DNA of 58,913 nucleotides, counting the filler. It is 3 parts of 3 records of this genome, joined end to end, with 100 filler letters (N's around TTAATTAATTAA, not from the genome) between each part and the next. Parts side by side here need not be neighbours in the genome. Positions count along the whole stretch, not along the records: positions 34,395 to 58,913 come from SRR20825006_1903; 2 more parts are not named here. The stretch is one strand, 5' to 3'. Shown in pieces: positions 38,880 to 49,924 of this stretch. A program made the position numbers and the translations under genes. The stretch's first letter is position 1. Every line of letters starts with the position of its first letter. The notes under the pieces are model-generated. The model was given only the letters and a program-made list of their open reading frames with translations. It was not told where the DNA came from and did not search any database.

Positions 38880-39314
38880 CTATTCCGACATTGGCGGATT
38901 GTCGAGGCCACCCATACGGCAGACTTCCAGCCATTCGTCTTCCTTCACCGGCTGAACCGAAAGCCGCATGGACGTGACCAGCGCCATATCGGCAAGCGCG
39001 GGATTGGCCTTCACGTCCTTCAGTGTCACCGGCTTCGGCATCGCCTCAACGGAACGGATATCGACACATTCCCAGCGCGGATCGTCGGTGGTGCTGTCGT
39101 GGTGCGCCAACGCGCAGACCTCGCAGATACCGACGACTTCCAACCCTTCATTGGAGTGATAAAAGAAGCCTTTGTCACCGATCTTCATGGCCCGCATGTT
39201 GTTGCGCGCCTGATAGTTGCGCACACCGTCCCATTCTTCACCAGCCTTGCCTTTGGCTATCAGCATTTCCCAGGAAAATTTGAACGGTTCGGATTTGAAC
39301 AACCAGTACGCCAT
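38880..39314 (-). CDS. EVE domain protein
   Basis: MAYWLFKSEP, WDGVRNYQARN, FFYHS, RLSVQPV. Confidence 0.95.
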   Translation of the reverse strand: MAYWLFKSEPFKFSWEMLIAKGKAGEEWDGVRNYQARNNMRAMKIGDKGFFYHSNEGLEVVGICEVCALAHHDSTTDDPRWECVDIRSVEAMPKPVTLKDVKANPALADMALVTSMRLSVQPVKEDEWLEVCRMGGLDNPPMSE

Positions 39315-39318
39315 AGGC

Positions 39319-39612
39319 TCAGGCCTCCGGATTATTGTAGAGCCACTTGAACGGCTTGACCTCAACACTTTCGAATAGCCCGGCCTTTCCATAAGGATCT
39401 TCGGCAGCAATCGCCTCAGCCGCCGCCTGATCATCGGCTTCAATCAACAGCATCGAACCGCAGGGTTTTTCTTCTGCATCCAGAAACGGACCAGCAATCT
39501 TCAGCGTACCGGCATCATTCAAACCATCGACCCATTCCAGATGGCGTGGTCGGGTTTCCATCCGCACGTCCAGATGATCGGGCTTGTCCTTGCACAAGAC
39601 TGCAAACAGCAT
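39319..39612 (-). CDS. YciI family protein
   Basis: R..TRPRHL, AGPFL, EDPY. Confidence 0.92.
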   Translation of the reverse strand: MLFAVLCKDKPDHLDVRMETRPRHLEWVDGLNDAGTLKIAGPFLDAEEKPCGSMLLIEADDQAAAEAIAAEDPYGKAGLFESVEVKPFKWLYNNPEA

Positions 39613-39627
39613 TTCGGGCTCTCCTCT

Positions 39628-40614
39628 CTATTCAGTGGTAATCGGGCGCGTCATCAATTCATCAAGGGCATCAGCTATACCAAGTTTGCCGTCAAGAACA
39701 CGCGCAACCGCATTTGAAACCGGCATCTGGACACCGTTCTGAGCCGCCAGTTCATTGGCAACAGAAGCACTGTAAACACCTTCAACCAGCGCAGAATTGA
39801 CGCCGTCGAAATTCCGTTTGGCCAGCGCTACGCCGTAACGGAAATTGCGCGACTGACGTGACGAACCGGTCAGCACCAGATCACCGAGGCCCGAAAGCCC
39901 GCGCACGGTGTCAGCCTCTCCTCCCATCGCGACCGCCAACCGGGACATTTCGGCCAACCCGCGTGCGATCAGTGCCGCACGGGCGCTTTCGCCCAGTTCG
40001 GCCCCTTCCACAATACCGCAGGCAATAGCCAGCACGTTTTTCAAAGCGCCACCGATCTGTACACCGACGGGATCTCCGGAGGCATAAATGCGGAATGAGC
40101 GGCCAGACAGGATTTTTGCCGTATCACGCGCCAGTTCCCTATCGCGGAAGGCAAGTGCCATGGCAATCGGCTTACCCCGCGCCAGATCAATGGCAAAGCC
40201 CGGACCGGAAAGCGCTCCGGCATGATGATGCGGCAATGTCTCGTTCAAAACATCGGTGATCAGGCGCCCGGTCGAACGCTCGATGCCCTTTGCCGCCGAG
40301 ATGATGACAGCATCCGGATTGAGATACGGCGCATAATAGAGCGACGCCGCCCGCTGAGCCTGAGCGGGAACCGCCAGAACAACCGTATCGGCGGTTTGAA
40401 GCACGGCGGGATCCATCGTAAAATTAAGCGCTTTGGGCAGGGTGATGCCTGGCAGTGCCTTCGGATGCTCGCGGGTCTCACCAAGAATTTCCATCAGCAC
40501 GGCGTTGCGCCCCAGAAGGGTCACCGCGTCTTCGCCCTCAAGCGCGAAAACCGCAGCCAGTGCCGTGCCGAACGCCCCCGAACCGATCACCACCGTCTTT
40601 TTGACGTCATTCAT
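39628..40614 (-). CDS. gpsA: NAD(P)H-dependent glycerol-3-phosphate dehydrogenase
   Basis: [39 protein letters not shown]. Confidence 0.95.
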   Translation of the reverse strand: MNDVKKTVVIGSGAFGTALAAVFALEGEDAVTLLGRNAVLMEILGETREHPKALPGITLPKALNFTMDPAVLQTADTVVLAVPAQAQRAASLYYAPYLNPDAVIISAAKGIERSTGRLITDVLNETLPHHHAGALSGPGFAIDLARGKPIAMALAFRDRELARDTAKILSGRSFRIYASGDPVGVQIGGALKNVLAIACGIVEGAELGESARAALIARGLAEMSRLAVAMGGEADTVRGLSGLGDLVLTGSSRQSRNFRYGVALAKRNFDGVNSALVEGVYSASVANELAAQNGVQMPVSNAVARVLDGKLGIADALDELMTRPITTE

Positions 40615-41711
40615 GCTTTTGCACCTTTCTTTCCGCTGCCGATCAAGGCTGTCGCGGATGGATCCAGCGGCCAGCGAGAGCGCACCGGCATTGCCATATC
40701 GTCAGGGGGTAGCCCGGCGGCGGCGCGCTCCAGTGCTGCCCAGGCGATCATCACGGCATTATCCGTGCAAAGCCGAACAGGTGGCGCGACAAAGGAAAAG
40801 CCCTCACGGGCACAAAGCGCTGTCAGCATCTGCCGGATTGCGCCGTTGGCTGCCACGCCGCCCGCCACGACAAGCGCAGGCATATCCCCCCCGCGCGACA
40901 ATCCTTCGGCCTGAAAACGCTTCAGTGAACGGCGAATGCGATCTTCCAGCGTATCGGCGACGGCCTTTTGAAACGCAGCACAAATATCGGCAACATCTTT
41001 TTCGGAAAGCGGCGCCAAGGATTGTGCTGCCTGCCGCACAGCGGTTTTTAGACCCGAAAAGGAAAAATCAAGGCGCGCTTCACCTTTCAGCGGTCGCGGC
41101 AGCGAAATGCGTTTCTCATCACCATCGCGTGCCGCTGCCTCCACCTTCGGTCCGCCTGGATAGCCCAAACCCAAAAGTTTTGCCGTCTTGTCAAAGGCTT
41201 CGCCCAGCGCATCGTCAATCGTGGTGCCCCAGCGCTCATATTGCCCGACGCCTTTGACCAGGACAATCTGGGTATGCCCGCCAGACACCAGCAGCATCAG
41301 ATAGGGGAAAGAAACACCGTCAGTCAGCCGCGCAGTCAGCGCATGGCCTTCCAGATGGTTGATGCCGTAAAACGGCTTTTTCGCCGCATAGGCAACCGCT
41401 TTGCCGGTCATCGCGCCGACGATCAGTCCGCCGATCAGCCCCGGCCCGACGGTTGCGGCAACGCCATCAAGCTGTCGCGGCGTAACTTCGGCCTTTTGCA
41501 GTGCTTCGGCCAGCAACCTGTCCATCGCCTCGACATGAGCGCGTGCGGCAATTTCGGGAACCACACCACCAAAAGCCGCATGTTCTTCGAGCTGGCTCAA
41601 AACAACATCGGCGATAATCTCGCCGCTACCATCGGAATTGCGCGCGACAATGGCGACCGCCGTTTCATCACAGCTTGATTCCAGCCCAAGAAAAAGTGTC
41701 TTTTTGTTCAT
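40611..41711 (-). CDS. tsaD: tRNA N6-adenosine threonylcarbamoyltransferase
   Basis: [41 protein letters not shown]. Confidence 0.97.
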   Translation of the reverse strand: MNKKTLFLGLESSCDETAVAIVARNSDGSGEIIADVVLSQLEEHAAFGGVVPEIAARAHVEAMDRLLAEALQKAEVTPRQLDGVAATVGPGLIGGLIVGAMTGKAVAYAAKKPFYGINHLEGHALTARLTDGVSFPYLMLLVSGGHTQIVLVKGVGQYERWGTTIDDALGEAFDKTAKLLGLGYPGGPKVEAAARDGDEKRISLPRPLKGEARLDFSFSGLKTAVRQAAQSLAPLSEKDVADICAAFQKAVADTLEDRIRRSLKRFQAEGLSRGGDMPALVVAGGVAANGAIRQMLTALCAREGFSFVAPPVRLCTDNAVMIAWAALERAAAGLPPDDMAMPVRSRWPLDPSATALIGSGKKGAKA

Positions 41712-41783
41712 CGGTTCTGACGATCATTTGCGGCCAGCCGCAATCGGGTTTAGGAAGCTTGCGGTAGCAATGGTGAAAGCAGG

Positions 41784-42713
41784 ATGCAAACGAAACCTTA
41801 CAGGATCGGGACACGCGGCAGCCCGCTGGCGCTGGCCCAAGCTTATGAAGCGCGAGACCGGCTGATGCAAGCCCACTCTCTGCCGCAGGAAATGTTCGAG
41901 GTTGTGGTTCTTTCCACAAAAGGCGACCGGATTACCGACCGCCCGCTTTCGGCCATCGGCGGCAAGGGCCTGTTTACCGAGGAACTCGAAGCGCAACTTT
42001 TATCCGGCGAACTCAATTTCGCGGTACATTCGTCGAAGGACATGCCGACCGTATTACCCGACGGCCTAACTCTTTCGACGTTCTTGCCGCGCGCCGATCC
42101 GCGTGATGCCTTTATCGGCGGAAAAGTGAAAAAACTGGCCGATCTGCCGGATGGTGCGGTCGTCGGCTCGTCATCGCTCAGACGTCAGGCACTGATTCGC
42201 CGCTTGCGGCCCGATATCGAGGTCGTGATGTTTCGCGGCTCGGTGCAGACCCGCCTCAAGAAGCTCAAAGAAGGACAGGTGGACGGAACGTTTCTGGCCA
42301 ATGCCGGGCTTTTGCGGCTCGGTATGGGCGAAGTGGCAACGGAAGTGCTCAGCGTGCGCGATTTTCTGCCCGCTCCCGCGCAAGGTGCGATCTGTATCGA
42401 GCAACGTGCGGACGACACCCGAATCAGTGAACTTCTGGCGCCGATCAATGATCGCGATACCGTTGATGCCGTGGCTTGCGAACGCGCCTTTCTGGCCGCA
42501 CTTGATGGCTCCTGCCGAACGCCGATTGCAGCCTATGCCCGTTGCTTTAATGAACGGCTTTCCTTTTCCGGCATGATTTTAACCCCGGATGGCAAAAAAG
42601 CGTTCGATATCGCCACCGACGGTATGCGGACCGAGGCAGCGAAGCTTGGCAAATGGGCCGGCGATAAATTGCGTGAGCGGGCAGGTTCCGGCTTTTTCGA
42701 AGACTGGTCGTAA
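41784..42713 (+). CDS. hemC: Hydroxymethylbilane synthase
   Basis: [37 protein letters not shown]. Confidence 0.97.
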   Translation: MQTKPYRIGTRGSPLALAQAYEARDRLMQAHSLPQEMFEVVVLSTKGDRITDRPLSAIGGKGLFTEELEAQLLSGELNFAVHSSKDMPTVLPDGLTLSTFLPRADPRDAFIGGKVKKLADLPDGAVVGSSSLRRQALIRRLRPDIEVVMFRGSVQTRLKKLKEGQVDGTFLANAGLLRLGMGEVATEVLSVRDFLPAPAQGAICIEQRADDTRISELLAPINDRDTVDAVACERAFLAALDGSCRTPIAAYARCFNERLSFSGMILTPDGKKAFDIATDGMRTEAAKLGKWAGDKLRERAGSGFFEDWS

Positions 42714-42723
42714 AGGAAATGCG

Positions 42724-43452
42724 ATGCGTGTTCTGGTGACCCGGCCGCAGGCAAAAGCGCTCAATACCTGCGCACGCCTGCGGGAAATGGGTCACCAGCC
42801 TTTAAACCTGCCACTTTTCCAGCCGGTCCATTTTGCCGAAACCCGGCGCGACGTGCTGCGGCGAAATGATTGGTCCGCCCTGGCGGTCACGAGTGCCGAA
42901 GCACTGCACGGTCTCGATGCCGACCAGGACACGCCGGGCATGAAAGACCGGCCCGTCTTCGCCGTTGGAAAAAGCACATCAAGCGTTGCGCGTGCGGCTG
43001 GTTTCACTCATGTGATAACCGGAGAAGGCGATGGGCAATCACTGGCCCAAACCATTGCGGCCCAATGGTCGCAGACCAACAGGAGGCCGCTTCTGTATCT
43101 TGCAGGCAGCCCAAGGGCACCGGCCTTCGAACGCACGCTGTCAAACTGCGGGATCAGTTTTGAAGCGGTAACCGTCTACGCCATGCAGCCGGTTCTACAC
43201 AACCGGACAGAGATCGAAGCGCTGATAGAAAACCAACCGCCGCACGCCATCCTGTTTTACTCCCGTGCCAGCACGGAGCGCTTTTTCGCCACGGATGCAT
43301 TGCGCAATATTGTCGCCGGAAACAAGCCACCGCAGCTTTTGTGTATCAGCAAGAATGCATCAGAACCGATTCCGCCGGAACTTTCCGGTTTTGTTACCAT
43401 TGCCCACAGGCCGGAAGAGAAAAGTCTGCTCGCGCTTCTGGCCAAAACATAG
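42724..43452 (+). CDS. hemD: Uroporphyrinogen-III synthase
   Basis: MRVLVTRP, VTSAEA, FAVGKST, FYSR; follows hemC. Confidence 0.92.
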   Translation: MRVLVTRPQAKALNTCARLREMGHQPLNLPLFQPVHFAETRRDVLRRNDWSALAVTSAEALHGLDADQDTPGMKDRPVFAVGKSTSSVARAAGFTHVITGEGDGQSLAQTIAAQWSQTNRRPLLYLAGSPRAPAFERTLSNCGISFEAVTVYAMQPVLHNRTEIEALIENQPPHAILFYSRASTERFFATDALRNIVAGNKPPQLLCISKNASEPIPPELSGFVTIAHRPEEKSLLALLAKT

Positions 43453-43563
43453 GCGTTCTGCGCAATATCACCGCCCGGTTGAAGAGCCTGCCCGAACAAA
43501 ACCCTTTTCTAAAAGCACTCTGCCCTCTAACTTATGCCGTAGGAAAGTGCACAAGAGGTACCA

Positions 43564-45009
43564 ATGGTTTCCGACACGCCGTCACAGCCGACCCCAAAAA
43601 AGAACCCCGAAGACGACAGCCAGAAGACAACGGCTGAAATCGCCGGGCAGGAAAATTCTGAAGCAACGGGTGGTCCGGCGGCCCCGAAGGAAAACGACGA
43701 CGCTGTAAAAACGGCCATGGCCGATGTCGCCGCCGCCATAAAGCGCCACGAAGAACATGGCAGCAAACCTTCTGATACGGACGACCTGTCAGCGGAACAC
43801 GAAGCGGATCAAGATTTAGATAAAGATGAAAGCGCTGATGCCGCCTCTGACGAAAATTCACCACAGGAGCCAACCGAAGACCCCGAAAAAGCAACAGAAG
43901 TACCGCCACCGGAAGAACGGGCCGAGGCGGCATCAGAGCCTCAAAAAGGTAAAACAGGCTTCGTCGGGCTTCTGGCTGCCGGTGTCACCGGCGGTGTAGT
44001 TGTACTTGCAGGCGGTTTTGCGCTGCTATCTTTCGGCCTTTTAGGCGGTGCCTCGACCGGCAATCTCGAAAGCCGTTTTGAAAGCGGTATGAGCGAACTT
44101 CGCCAGCAGATTAATGGCATGGCTTCAGGTTCCAGTCAGGCCGCCAGCGCCAGTGCCGCTGCGGTCTCGAAGCTTCAGGAAGAAGTCGCCGCACTTCAGC
44201 AGAAACTTCAAAGTGTGAGTGAGACAGCCAGCAAGGCAGCAGCCCTGCCCTCGGCCAATGGAACGAGCGCTTCCACAGACTTGCAGCAAACCGTTTCCGA
44301 CCTGCAAAAACAGGTTTCCAGTCTGCAATCCTCATTACAGTCTGACACGAGCGCGGTTCAGTCTCTGCAATCAAGCCTGTCGGGTGTGCAAAGCAGCCTG
44401 TCATCGCAGGCAGACCAGCTCAACCGGCAGATTTCCGCGCTGGAAAAGAAAGTGGATCAGCCCGGCAAGGATCTTGCTGTCGCACGCGCGATTGCCGCTG
44501 CGGGCCTCAGTTCTGCGATTGATCGCGGTGGAAGTTTTTCAAGTGAACTCAAAACCTATCGCCAGATCGCCCCGGATGACGCCAGCCTTCAGCAACTGGA
44601 CGCCATGGCCCAAAATGGCATTCCAACCCGCGAGCAGTTGACGGATCAGTTCAGTGGACTTGCTGACACAATCATCCGCGCCTCCACTCAGCCTGCCGCA
44701 GATGAAGGCGTCGTCAAGCGTCTTTTCAACAGTGCCAAAGGGCTGATCAGCGTCCGTCCGGTTGGCGATGTGGAAGGCGATACGACACCGGCCATCGTTG
44801 CCCGGATTGAAAACGATCTGAAAACCGGCCAACTGCAAAAGGCAGCGGATGAATGGGCTAATTTGCCGGATGCCGCCAAACAGGTATCAGCCGATTTTGA
44901 AAAGGCTCTGAACGCTCGCATAACGGCTGACACATTGATCGCCAGCACGTTGCAGCAAGCGATCGGCAGCATGACCGGCAGCACCAGCCAGCCTGCTCAG
45001 GCCAACTAG
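43564..45009 (+). CDS. COG4223 / mitofilin-domain membrane protein (alphaproteobacterial Mic60)
   Basis: Acidic N-terminus, one TM, long coiled coil, C-terminal AIDRGGSF..EL, GIPT, LISVRP; located between hemD and hemY. Confidence 0.85.
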   Translation: MVSDTPSQPTPKKNPEDDSQKTTAEIAGQENSEATGGPAAPKENDDAVKTAMADVAAAIKRHEEHGSKPSDTDDLSAEHEADQDLDKDESADAASDENSPQEPTEDPEKATEVPPPEERAEAASEPQKGKTGFVGLLAAGVTGGVVVLAGGFALLSFGLLGGASTGNLESRFESGMSELRQQINGMASGSSQAASASAAAVSKLQEEVAALQQKLQSVSETASKAAALPSANGTSASTDLQQTVSDLQKQVSSLQSSLQSDTSAVQSLQSSLSGVQSSLSSQADQLNRQISALEKKVDQPGKDLAVARAIAAAGLSSAIDRGGSFSSELKTYRQIAPDDASLQQLDAMAQNGIPTREQLTDQFSGLADTIIRASTQPAADEGVVKRLFNSAKGLISVRPVGDVEGDTTPAIVARIENDLKTGQLQKAADEWANLPDAAKQVSADFEKALNARITADTLIASTLQQAIGSMTGSTSQPAQAN

Positions 45010-45023
45010 GAAAGGGCCGCAAC

Positions 45024-46820
45024 ATGCTTAAACTGCTTGTTTTCGCGATCATCGTTCTGGCTTTTGGCTTGGGCTTTTCCTGGTTTGCAGACCGTCCCGG
45101 CGAACTCTCCCTGCAATGGCAGGGTCAGTTGTTCCAGACCCCGCTGACAACCGCGCTCGCTCTGCTGATCGCCCTGATTGTCGCTGTTATGATCGTCTGG
45201 TGGCTGATCAGCGCCATCTGGACTTCGCCCAACAGTGCGCGCCGCTATTTCCGCGCCCGCAAGCGTGACCGTGGTTATCAGGCCATTTCGACGGGATTGA
45301 TCGCCGCAGGTTCCGGCAATGTCATCATGGCGCGCAAGATGAGCACACGCGCCCATGCACTGCTGCGTGCCGACCAGGAACCGCTGATCCACGTTCTCGA
45401 TGCACAGGTTGCCCTGATCGCAGGCAATCACGATGAAGCGCGCAAGCTTTTTGAAATGATGTCGGAAGACCCGGAAACCGAGGAACTGGGGCTGCGGGGA
45501 CTTTATCTTGAAGCAAGGCGTCTTGGCGCCGATGAAGCCGCCCGGCAATATGCCGAACGCGCTGCCGACAAGGCGCCTTACCTGGCTTGGGCGGCACAGG
45601 CAACGCTGGAAACGCGCTCGCGGCAGGGGCGTTGGGATGACGCCATCCGGCTTCTGGACCAGCAACGCGCTGCAAAAGTGACGGACAAGCAGAACTCCGC
45701 ACGCCTGAAGGCCGTGCTGCTGACGGCGCGGGCGGAAAACAAACTTGAAACCGATCCGAAAGCAGCTGCCGCCGATGCCCTCCAGGCGCTCAAGCTCCGC
45801 GATGATTTTCAGCCTGATGCCATCATTGCCGCCAAGGCTTATCTTGCCCAGGGGAATGTGCGCAAATCCGCAGGCGTTCTGGAAATGGTCTGGAAGAAAG
45901 AGCCACACCCGCAGATCGGTGCACTTTATGTCCGGGCCCGCGGCGGCGATACCGCCGTTGACCGGCTTAAGCGCGCTGAAAAACTGGAAGCACTCAAGCC
46001 CAACAACCCGGTTTCATTGTTGGTTGTCGCCCGTGCCGCACTCGATGCCCGCGAATTTTCCAAAGCGCGCCAGAAGGCTGAAGCAACGGCCCGAATGGCC
46101 CCGCATGAAAGCGCCTTCCTGCTGCTTGCCGATATCGAAGAGTTTGAGAACGGCGATCAGGGCCGTGTTCGTCACTGGATGGCGCAGGCGCTCAAAGCCG
46201 AACGTGATCCGACATGGGTCGCAGACGGGCTGGTTTCGGAATACTGGCGGCCATTTTCCCCAACAACCGGCAAAATCGATGCGTTTGAGTGGAAGATCCC
46301 TTACGGCGAAATCGAAGGTCCGGTGGAAGAAGGTTCAGCAAGCCGCCTTGATGCGGCCCTGAAAAGCCTTCCGCCAATAGGCGGCATGAGACATGAAGAC
46401 GCCAATGATGATGCGGACTTGAAACCCCGTGTTTCTGACAATCAGCAAAAGACAGCGGCAGTTGTCGAACATGATGGTGGAAACGTCCCCCCATCTGCAT
46501 CCGCCCCCGATGCTTTGGCAGATAAGGCGGATCAGACACCGGATGAAATTGAAGTAACCGCCGCGCCGGCGCCCGACCATGGCACAAAGCCAGTGACGGG
46601 TAAGATTGAAAGCACACAGGATAAAACGGCTGCACCGGCTGATCTGCCTGAAAAGGCCGAAGATGCCAAAGAGGCCGAGCCGCCTCGTTTCGAGCAGACA
46701 GAGGAAGAAAAGCGCGAAGACCCGATACTTTCTCCTTTCGGCGGTCGCTCGCCCGATGATCCCGGCGTCACCGATCATGATGAGGGGAAACCTGAGCGGA
46801 AGAAGCACCGCTTCTTTTGA
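45024..46820 (+). CDS. hemY: HemY_N/TPR membrane protein (alphaproteobacterial HemY/Orf52)
   Basis: Two N-terminal TMs, WFADRPG, TPR-like helices, PDDPG near the C-terminus. Confidence 0.88.
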   Translation: MLKLLVFAIIVLAFGLGFSWFADRPGELSLQWQGQLFQTPLTTALALLIALIVAVMIVWWLISAIWTSPNSARRYFRARKRDRGYQAISTGLIAAGSGNVIMARKMSTRAHALLRADQEPLIHVLDAQVALIAGNHDEARKLFEMMSEDPETEELGLRGLYLEARRLGADEAARQYAERAADKAPYLAWAAQATLETRSRQGRWDDAIRLLDQQRAAKVTDKQNSARLKAVLLTARAENKLETDPKAAAADALQALKLRDDFQPDAIIAAKAYLAQGNVRKSAGVLEMVWKKEPHPQIGALYVRARGGDTAVDRLKRAEKLEALKPNNPVSLLVVARAALDAREFSKARQKAEATARMAPHESAFLLLADIEEFENGDQGRVRHWMAQALKAERDPTWVADGLVSEYWRPFSPTTGKIDAFEWKIPYGEIEGPVEEGSASRLDAALKSLPPIGGMRHEDANDDADLKPRVSDNQQKTAAVVEHDGGNVPPSASAPDALADKADQTPDEIEVTAAPAPDHGTKPVTGKIESTQDKTAAPADLPEKAEDAKEAEPPRFEQTEEEKREDPILSPFGGRSPDDPGVTDHDEGKPERKKHRFF

Positions 46821-46938
46821 TAAGCGCCTTGACTATTGCCAATTGGTCATTTGACCGGTCTGATATTTTTCATCTATTTCCTGATGAGACGAAACGCCCA
46901 TATCACTTTTTCTTACCGCGCCAGACACGGAAACAATC

Positions 46939-47433
46939 ATGTTTGAAAAGATCAGCCGGTTTCTGCAGGACATTGGAACCGAAAACACCCAGAAAGACCA
47001 GAGACCGGATGATGCGCGAGTCGCCGTTGTGGCGCTCTGCTATCAGGTTATGGAAGCCGACGGCGTCGTCAGCGAGAGTGAACAGCATCGACTGAAAGAT
47101 CTTCTGGAAGAAAAATACGGTTTGCACGGCGGAAAGCTCGACGAGCTTATTACGGCAGGTGAGACGGCTGGCAGCGAAGCCGTTGACTTTTATCGCTTCA
47201 CGTCTGACGTCAAACGTCACCTCGATGAACAACAGCGCGTCAGGCTGATCGGCCTTTTGTGGGATATCGCATATGCCGATGGCAACCGGAATGAAATGGA
47301 AGACAATGTTGTGTGGCGGATTGCCGAACTGATTGGTGTTTCGGGCCGTGAGCGGGTTCTCGAACGGCAGGCAGCACGTGATCGCGCGCAATTCCCCGAT
47401 GAAGGAGAGACCGGTGACGGCGCAAGTCAGTAA
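46939..47433 (+). CDS. TerB family protein
   Basis: VMEADG.VSESE, DFYRFTS, IAYADG..E. Confidence 0.85.
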   Translation: MFEKISRFLQDIGTENTQKDQRPDDARVAVVALCYQVMEADGVVSESEQHRLKDLLEEKYGLHGGKLDELITAGETAGSEAVDFYRFTSDVKRHLDEQQRVRLIGLLWDIAYADGNRNEMEDNVVWRIAELIGVSGRERVLERQAARDRAQFPDEGETGDGASQ

Positions 47434-48127
47434 CCACAGATTGCCTATGCTGATCGTGCTTCATCAGGAGCGGTCCACCCCCGGTCGGGTCGGTCAGATC
47501 TTGATGCAAAAGGGGTTCGCGCTCGATATCCGGCGCCCGGCACTTGGGCAGAAACTGCCCGATACGCTAGCAGGTCACAGTGGTGCCGTGATCTTCGGTG
47601 GTCCCATGAGCGCCAATGACAACGAAGATTTTGTTCGCCGCGAGATCGACTGGGTTGATATTCCTTTGAAGGAAAACCGGCCGTTTCTGGGCATCTGTCT
47701 CGGCGCACAAATACTGGCACGGCATCTGGGCGCCAAAGTTTACAGCAACAGGGATGGGTCTGTCGAAATTGGCTGGTACCCGGTCCGGCCAACCCGCAAT
47801 GGCCGCCTGATGCTGAAATGGCCATCCATGGTGTATCAATTCCACCGTGAGGGCTTTGAACTGCCGCATGGTGCAGACCTGCTGGCCGAAGGTGACCTCT
47901 ACCCCAACCAGGCTTTCCGCTATGGCAAACATGCTTTTGGTGTTCAGTTCCATGCAGAACTGACACGAATGATGATGCAGAGCTGGATCGTGCGCGGAGC
48001 CGAACGCTTCACATTGCCAAAAGCACAACCGGGACATTTACATCTGGAAGGCCGGATGCTGCACGACAGGGCCCTGAAAGCCTGGCTCGACAGCTTTCTC
48101 GATCACGTGTTTGCCGAGGTCGGTTGA
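47414..48127 (+). CDS. Class I glutamine amidotransferase-like protein
   Basis: FGGPMSAND, LGICLGAQ, GVQFHAE; GTG start with AAGGAG RBS. Confidence 0.92.
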   Translation: MTAQVSNHRLPMLIVLHQERSTPGRVGQILMQKGFALDIRRPALGQKLPDTLAGHSGAVIFGGPMSANDNEDFVRREIDWVDIPLKENRPFLGICLGAQILARHLGAKVYSNRDGSVEIGWYPVRPTRNGRLMLKWPSMVYQFHREGFELPHGADLLAEGDLYPNQAFRYGKHAFGVQFHAELTRMMMQSWIVRGAERFTLPKAQPGHLHLEGRMLHDRALKAWLDSFLDHVFAEVG

Positions 48128-48144
48128 AGGTGGAGTTGGCCGCC

Positions 48145-49392
48145 TCAACGGCCCTGCAGGTGCTCCGGCGCTTCCAGATTGTCGATTGTTCTGAGTTTTG
48201 TGAACTTTGCAGCCCAGATTCCGGCGACAAACAGTGAACCTATTCCACCGAAGACGACGGCAGGCACGGCGCCGGTGACCGAGGCCATGGAACCCGCGCG
48301 AAACTCGCCAAGCTCATTCGAAGCACCGACGAATACCATATTCACCGCATTGACACGCCCGCGCACTTCATCCGGCGTCCAGAGCGCGATGAGCGTTTCG
48401 CGCACATAAACCGAAACCATATCCGCACCGCCCATTACCACGAGCGCAGCAATCGAAAGCCAGACCGTTTGCGAAAGGCCGAAGACAATGGTCGCAACGC
48501 CGAACAACGCGACGCCGGCAAACATCATCAATCCTGCATGACGGCGAATTGGCAATGTTGCCAGCAACACGGCGACAACAATGGCACCGATACCGGGTGC
48601 GGCACGCAGAAAACCCAACCCCCAAGGCCCCAGATCCAGAATATCACGCGCGAAAATGGGCATGAGTGCCACAGCGCCACCCAAGAGCACGACAAAGAGA
48701 TCAAGCGAAATCGCGCCCAGAACCACTTTTTCAGAGGCGATAAAGCGAAAGCCGGCCAGGATGGTTTCCTTTGTAACAGCACTGCCCGCACCGCGCTGCG
48801 GTGGTTTTCCGATCATCAAAATCATAACAGCAGCAACGGCGAAGAAGACCAGGGCTGTAGAATAGGCCACCGATGCACCGAGGCCATAGAGCAGCCCACC
48901 GGTCACCGGCCCGACAATCGAGGCTATCTGCCATGAGGAAGAATTCCACGCAATCGCATTTGCAAGATCATTTTGCGGCACCAGATTGGGCGCAAGTGAC
49001 TGAAGCGCAGGACCGGCAAAAGCGCGCTCCGTGCCGAAAACGACCAGCAGCGCAAAAATTGGCCACGGTGAGAAGATATCAAGCTCGGTAATCAGCAACA
49101 GTCCGGCTGCACAGCCGGTACTGACGGCAAAGCAGATCGCGGCAATTATTCGCCGGTTATAGCGGTCGGCCACCGTGCCGGTCACAAGCGTTAGCAACAG
49201 GGATGGTAGAAACTGGAAAAGACCGATCAACCCCAGATAAAGTGCGCTTCCGGTTTCGTCATAAATCTGCCAGCCTACAGAAACCGAGATGATCTGGATC
49301 GCGAATGTCGCAAGCAACCGGGAAATGAAATAACGCGTATAAGCAACATGACGGAAAGCAGCAAAACGCGCCCCGGATGAAGAAGCCAGCAT
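48145..49392 (-). CDS. MFS transporter (MFS_3-like)
   Basis: GTVADRYNRR, ISLDLFVVLLGG, RGRVNAVN, about 12 TMs. Confidence 0.92.
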   Translation of the reverse strand: MLASSSGARFAAFRHVAYTRYFISRLLATFAIQIISVSVGWQIYDETGSALYLGLIGLFQFLPSLLLTLVTGTVADRYNRRIIAAICFAVSTGCAAGLLLITELDIFSPWPIFALLVVFGTERAFAGPALQSLAPNLVPQNDLANAIAWNSSSWQIASIVGPVTGGLLYGLGASVAYSTALVFFAVAAVMILMIGKPPQRGAGSAVTKETILAGFRFIASEKVVLGAISLDLFVVLLGGAVALMPIFARDILDLGPWGLGFLRAAPGIGAIVVAVLLATLPIRRHAGLMMFAGVALFGVATIVFGLSQTVWLSIAALVVMGGADMVSVYVRETLIALWTPDEVRGRVNAVNMVFVGASNELGEFRAGSMASVTGAVPAVVFGGIGSLFVAGIWAAKFTKLRTIDNLEAPEHLQGR

Positions 49393-49476
49393 TGAGACAG
49401 ATCTTTACGAATGAAATGATGGAAACAAATAAGCAGGAACCAGCCGCACAAACCGTGCAACGGGACACTTCCTCCC

Positions 49477-49505
49477 CTTGCCCGTTTAGACGTCAATGTC
49501 TAAAT
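49477..49505 (+). promoter_or_regulatory. Putative sigma70 promoter of yggT overlapped by a palindrome
   Basis: CTTGCC-N17-CTAAAT; TTTAGAC-N6-GTCTAAA at 49485-49504. Confidence 0.5.
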
Positions 49506-49534
49506 GGTTGTCAAGCAAAACAGGAGACCGCTTA

Positions 49535-49825
49535 ATGTATGCGCTATTCAAGACGATCGATCTCGTGCTCAACCTCTACACTTGGATCGTAATCGCCAGC
49601 GCCATTCTGTCATGGCTATATGCGTTCAACATCGTCAATCCTTCCAACGGGATCGTCAACGCCATCGGGCGCGGACTCTATAGTCTGACGGAGCCGGTTT
49701 ATCGCCCGATCCGCAACATCATGCCTAATCTCGGTGGCATTGATATATCACCGATCATTGTGTTGGTCGCGATCTACTTCATTCGTGCGCTGATGTGGAC
49801 GACCCTCTGGCCAATGCTTCAGTAA
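49535..49825 (+). CDS. yggT: YggT family membrane protein
   Basis: [31 protein letters not shown]. Confidence 0.93.
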   Translation: MYALFKTIDLVLNLYTWIVIASAILSWLYAFNIVNPSNGIVNAIGRGLYSLTEPVYRPIRNIMPNLGGIDISPIIVLVAIYFIRALMWTTLWPMLQ

Positions 49826-49924
49826 CGCATCCGTCAGAAGGGCGTTTCCCAATAGATGCTTTTCACATCTATCTGCTCTTCAGGTCTGCGCCTGCGACCG
49901 CAGCAGAACTGATGCCCTGAATTA

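Noticed and set aside
7561-40614. Co-occurrence of G1PDH and G3PDH (gpsA) as a mixed-membrane signal
   Set aside because: The genes lie on different concatenated fragments, probably from different organisms
46939-47433. TerB gene as part of a tellurite or defence island
   Set aside because: Solitary, in a core-gene neighbourhood with no other ter genes
49485-49504. Irr ICE box reading of the yggT palindrome
   Set aside because: ICE is TTTRGAA-N3-TTCYAAA; here the half-sites differ and the spacer is 6 nt
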